This document shows positions 31,643-32,035 of a stretch of DNA of 32,035 bases, in pieces. Made by a program: the position numbers and the translations under genes. Source of the stretch: Bigelowiella natans CCMP2755 (lineage: Eukaryota; Protista; Cercozoa); NCBI GenBank assembly GCA_000320545.1, contig ADNK01003203.1, positions 1 to 32,035 on the forward strand. Direction: 5' to 3'. The notes beneath the pieces were generated by a model. That model was not told the origin of the DNA. It worked only from the letters and a program-made list of their open reading frames with translations, and did no database searches. Numbering within the stretch: position 1 is the stretch's first letter; every line of letters begins with the position of its first letter.

Positions 31643-32035
31643 CTACTATAAATACAGCGGGGTATGAATGAAACTTGGACGCCAAGGAGCATCATCGATG
31701 CAGTTTCCCCCATCCCATCATCTTGGAGGGAAAAACAAAAAGGCAAAATTGAAACCAACAAACAAATGGCCGTCTCCACGAGGATGTGGTCCTTGATTGA
31801 TTTTTCCAATCTTGGGGAGATGGCAAAGATATTTCTCCAATATGATTCGTATACTAAGTTTTTCTTTGTTCTGTTTTCTTTTTTAGCTCAATGAGAGAAA
31901 AACCTGCTGCTGCTACGACAGCCGTGTCTCCCTTTTTTTCATTATTCATCGTTCGCTCATTCGCCTCGCTTTTCCTTCCCTCTTCACCCTGCAACAGTAT
32001 TTGTGATGGGTTATTAGGAAAAAGGGGGGGGGGGT

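Overview
Gene-dense eukaryotic nuclear DNA in the standard genetic code with spliceosomal GT(GC)-AG introns, probably from an intron-rich protist or alga (a chlorarachniophyte-like origin is only a guess). Nine protein-coding loci were reconstructed by hand, oriented + - + - + - + - -: (1) 5'-partial argininosuccinate lyase (21 exons in the window, one GC-AG intron); (2) RuvB-like 1/pontin; (3) a membrane protein with two internal repeats; (4) an intronless YfaP/DUF2135-like + EF-hand fusion; (5) a divergent mitochondrial carrier; (6) a multipass membrane gene with a possibly decayed 5' half; (7) a ~947-aa voltage-gated K+ channel with two complete 6TM/TVGYG units in one chain; (8) an unknown multipass membrane protein; (9) a 5'-partial coiled-coil protein. 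The main observations are the natural tandem Kv channel, whose first unit is intron-rich while the second lies in one exon, and tracts of short palindromes (GCTAGC/GCATGC/TCTAGA) found in every spacer downstream of gene 3' ends but not in the divergent promoter spacers. Most ORF-track entries are microsatellite artefacts or antisense shadows. All exon boundaries are manual predictions without transcript support.
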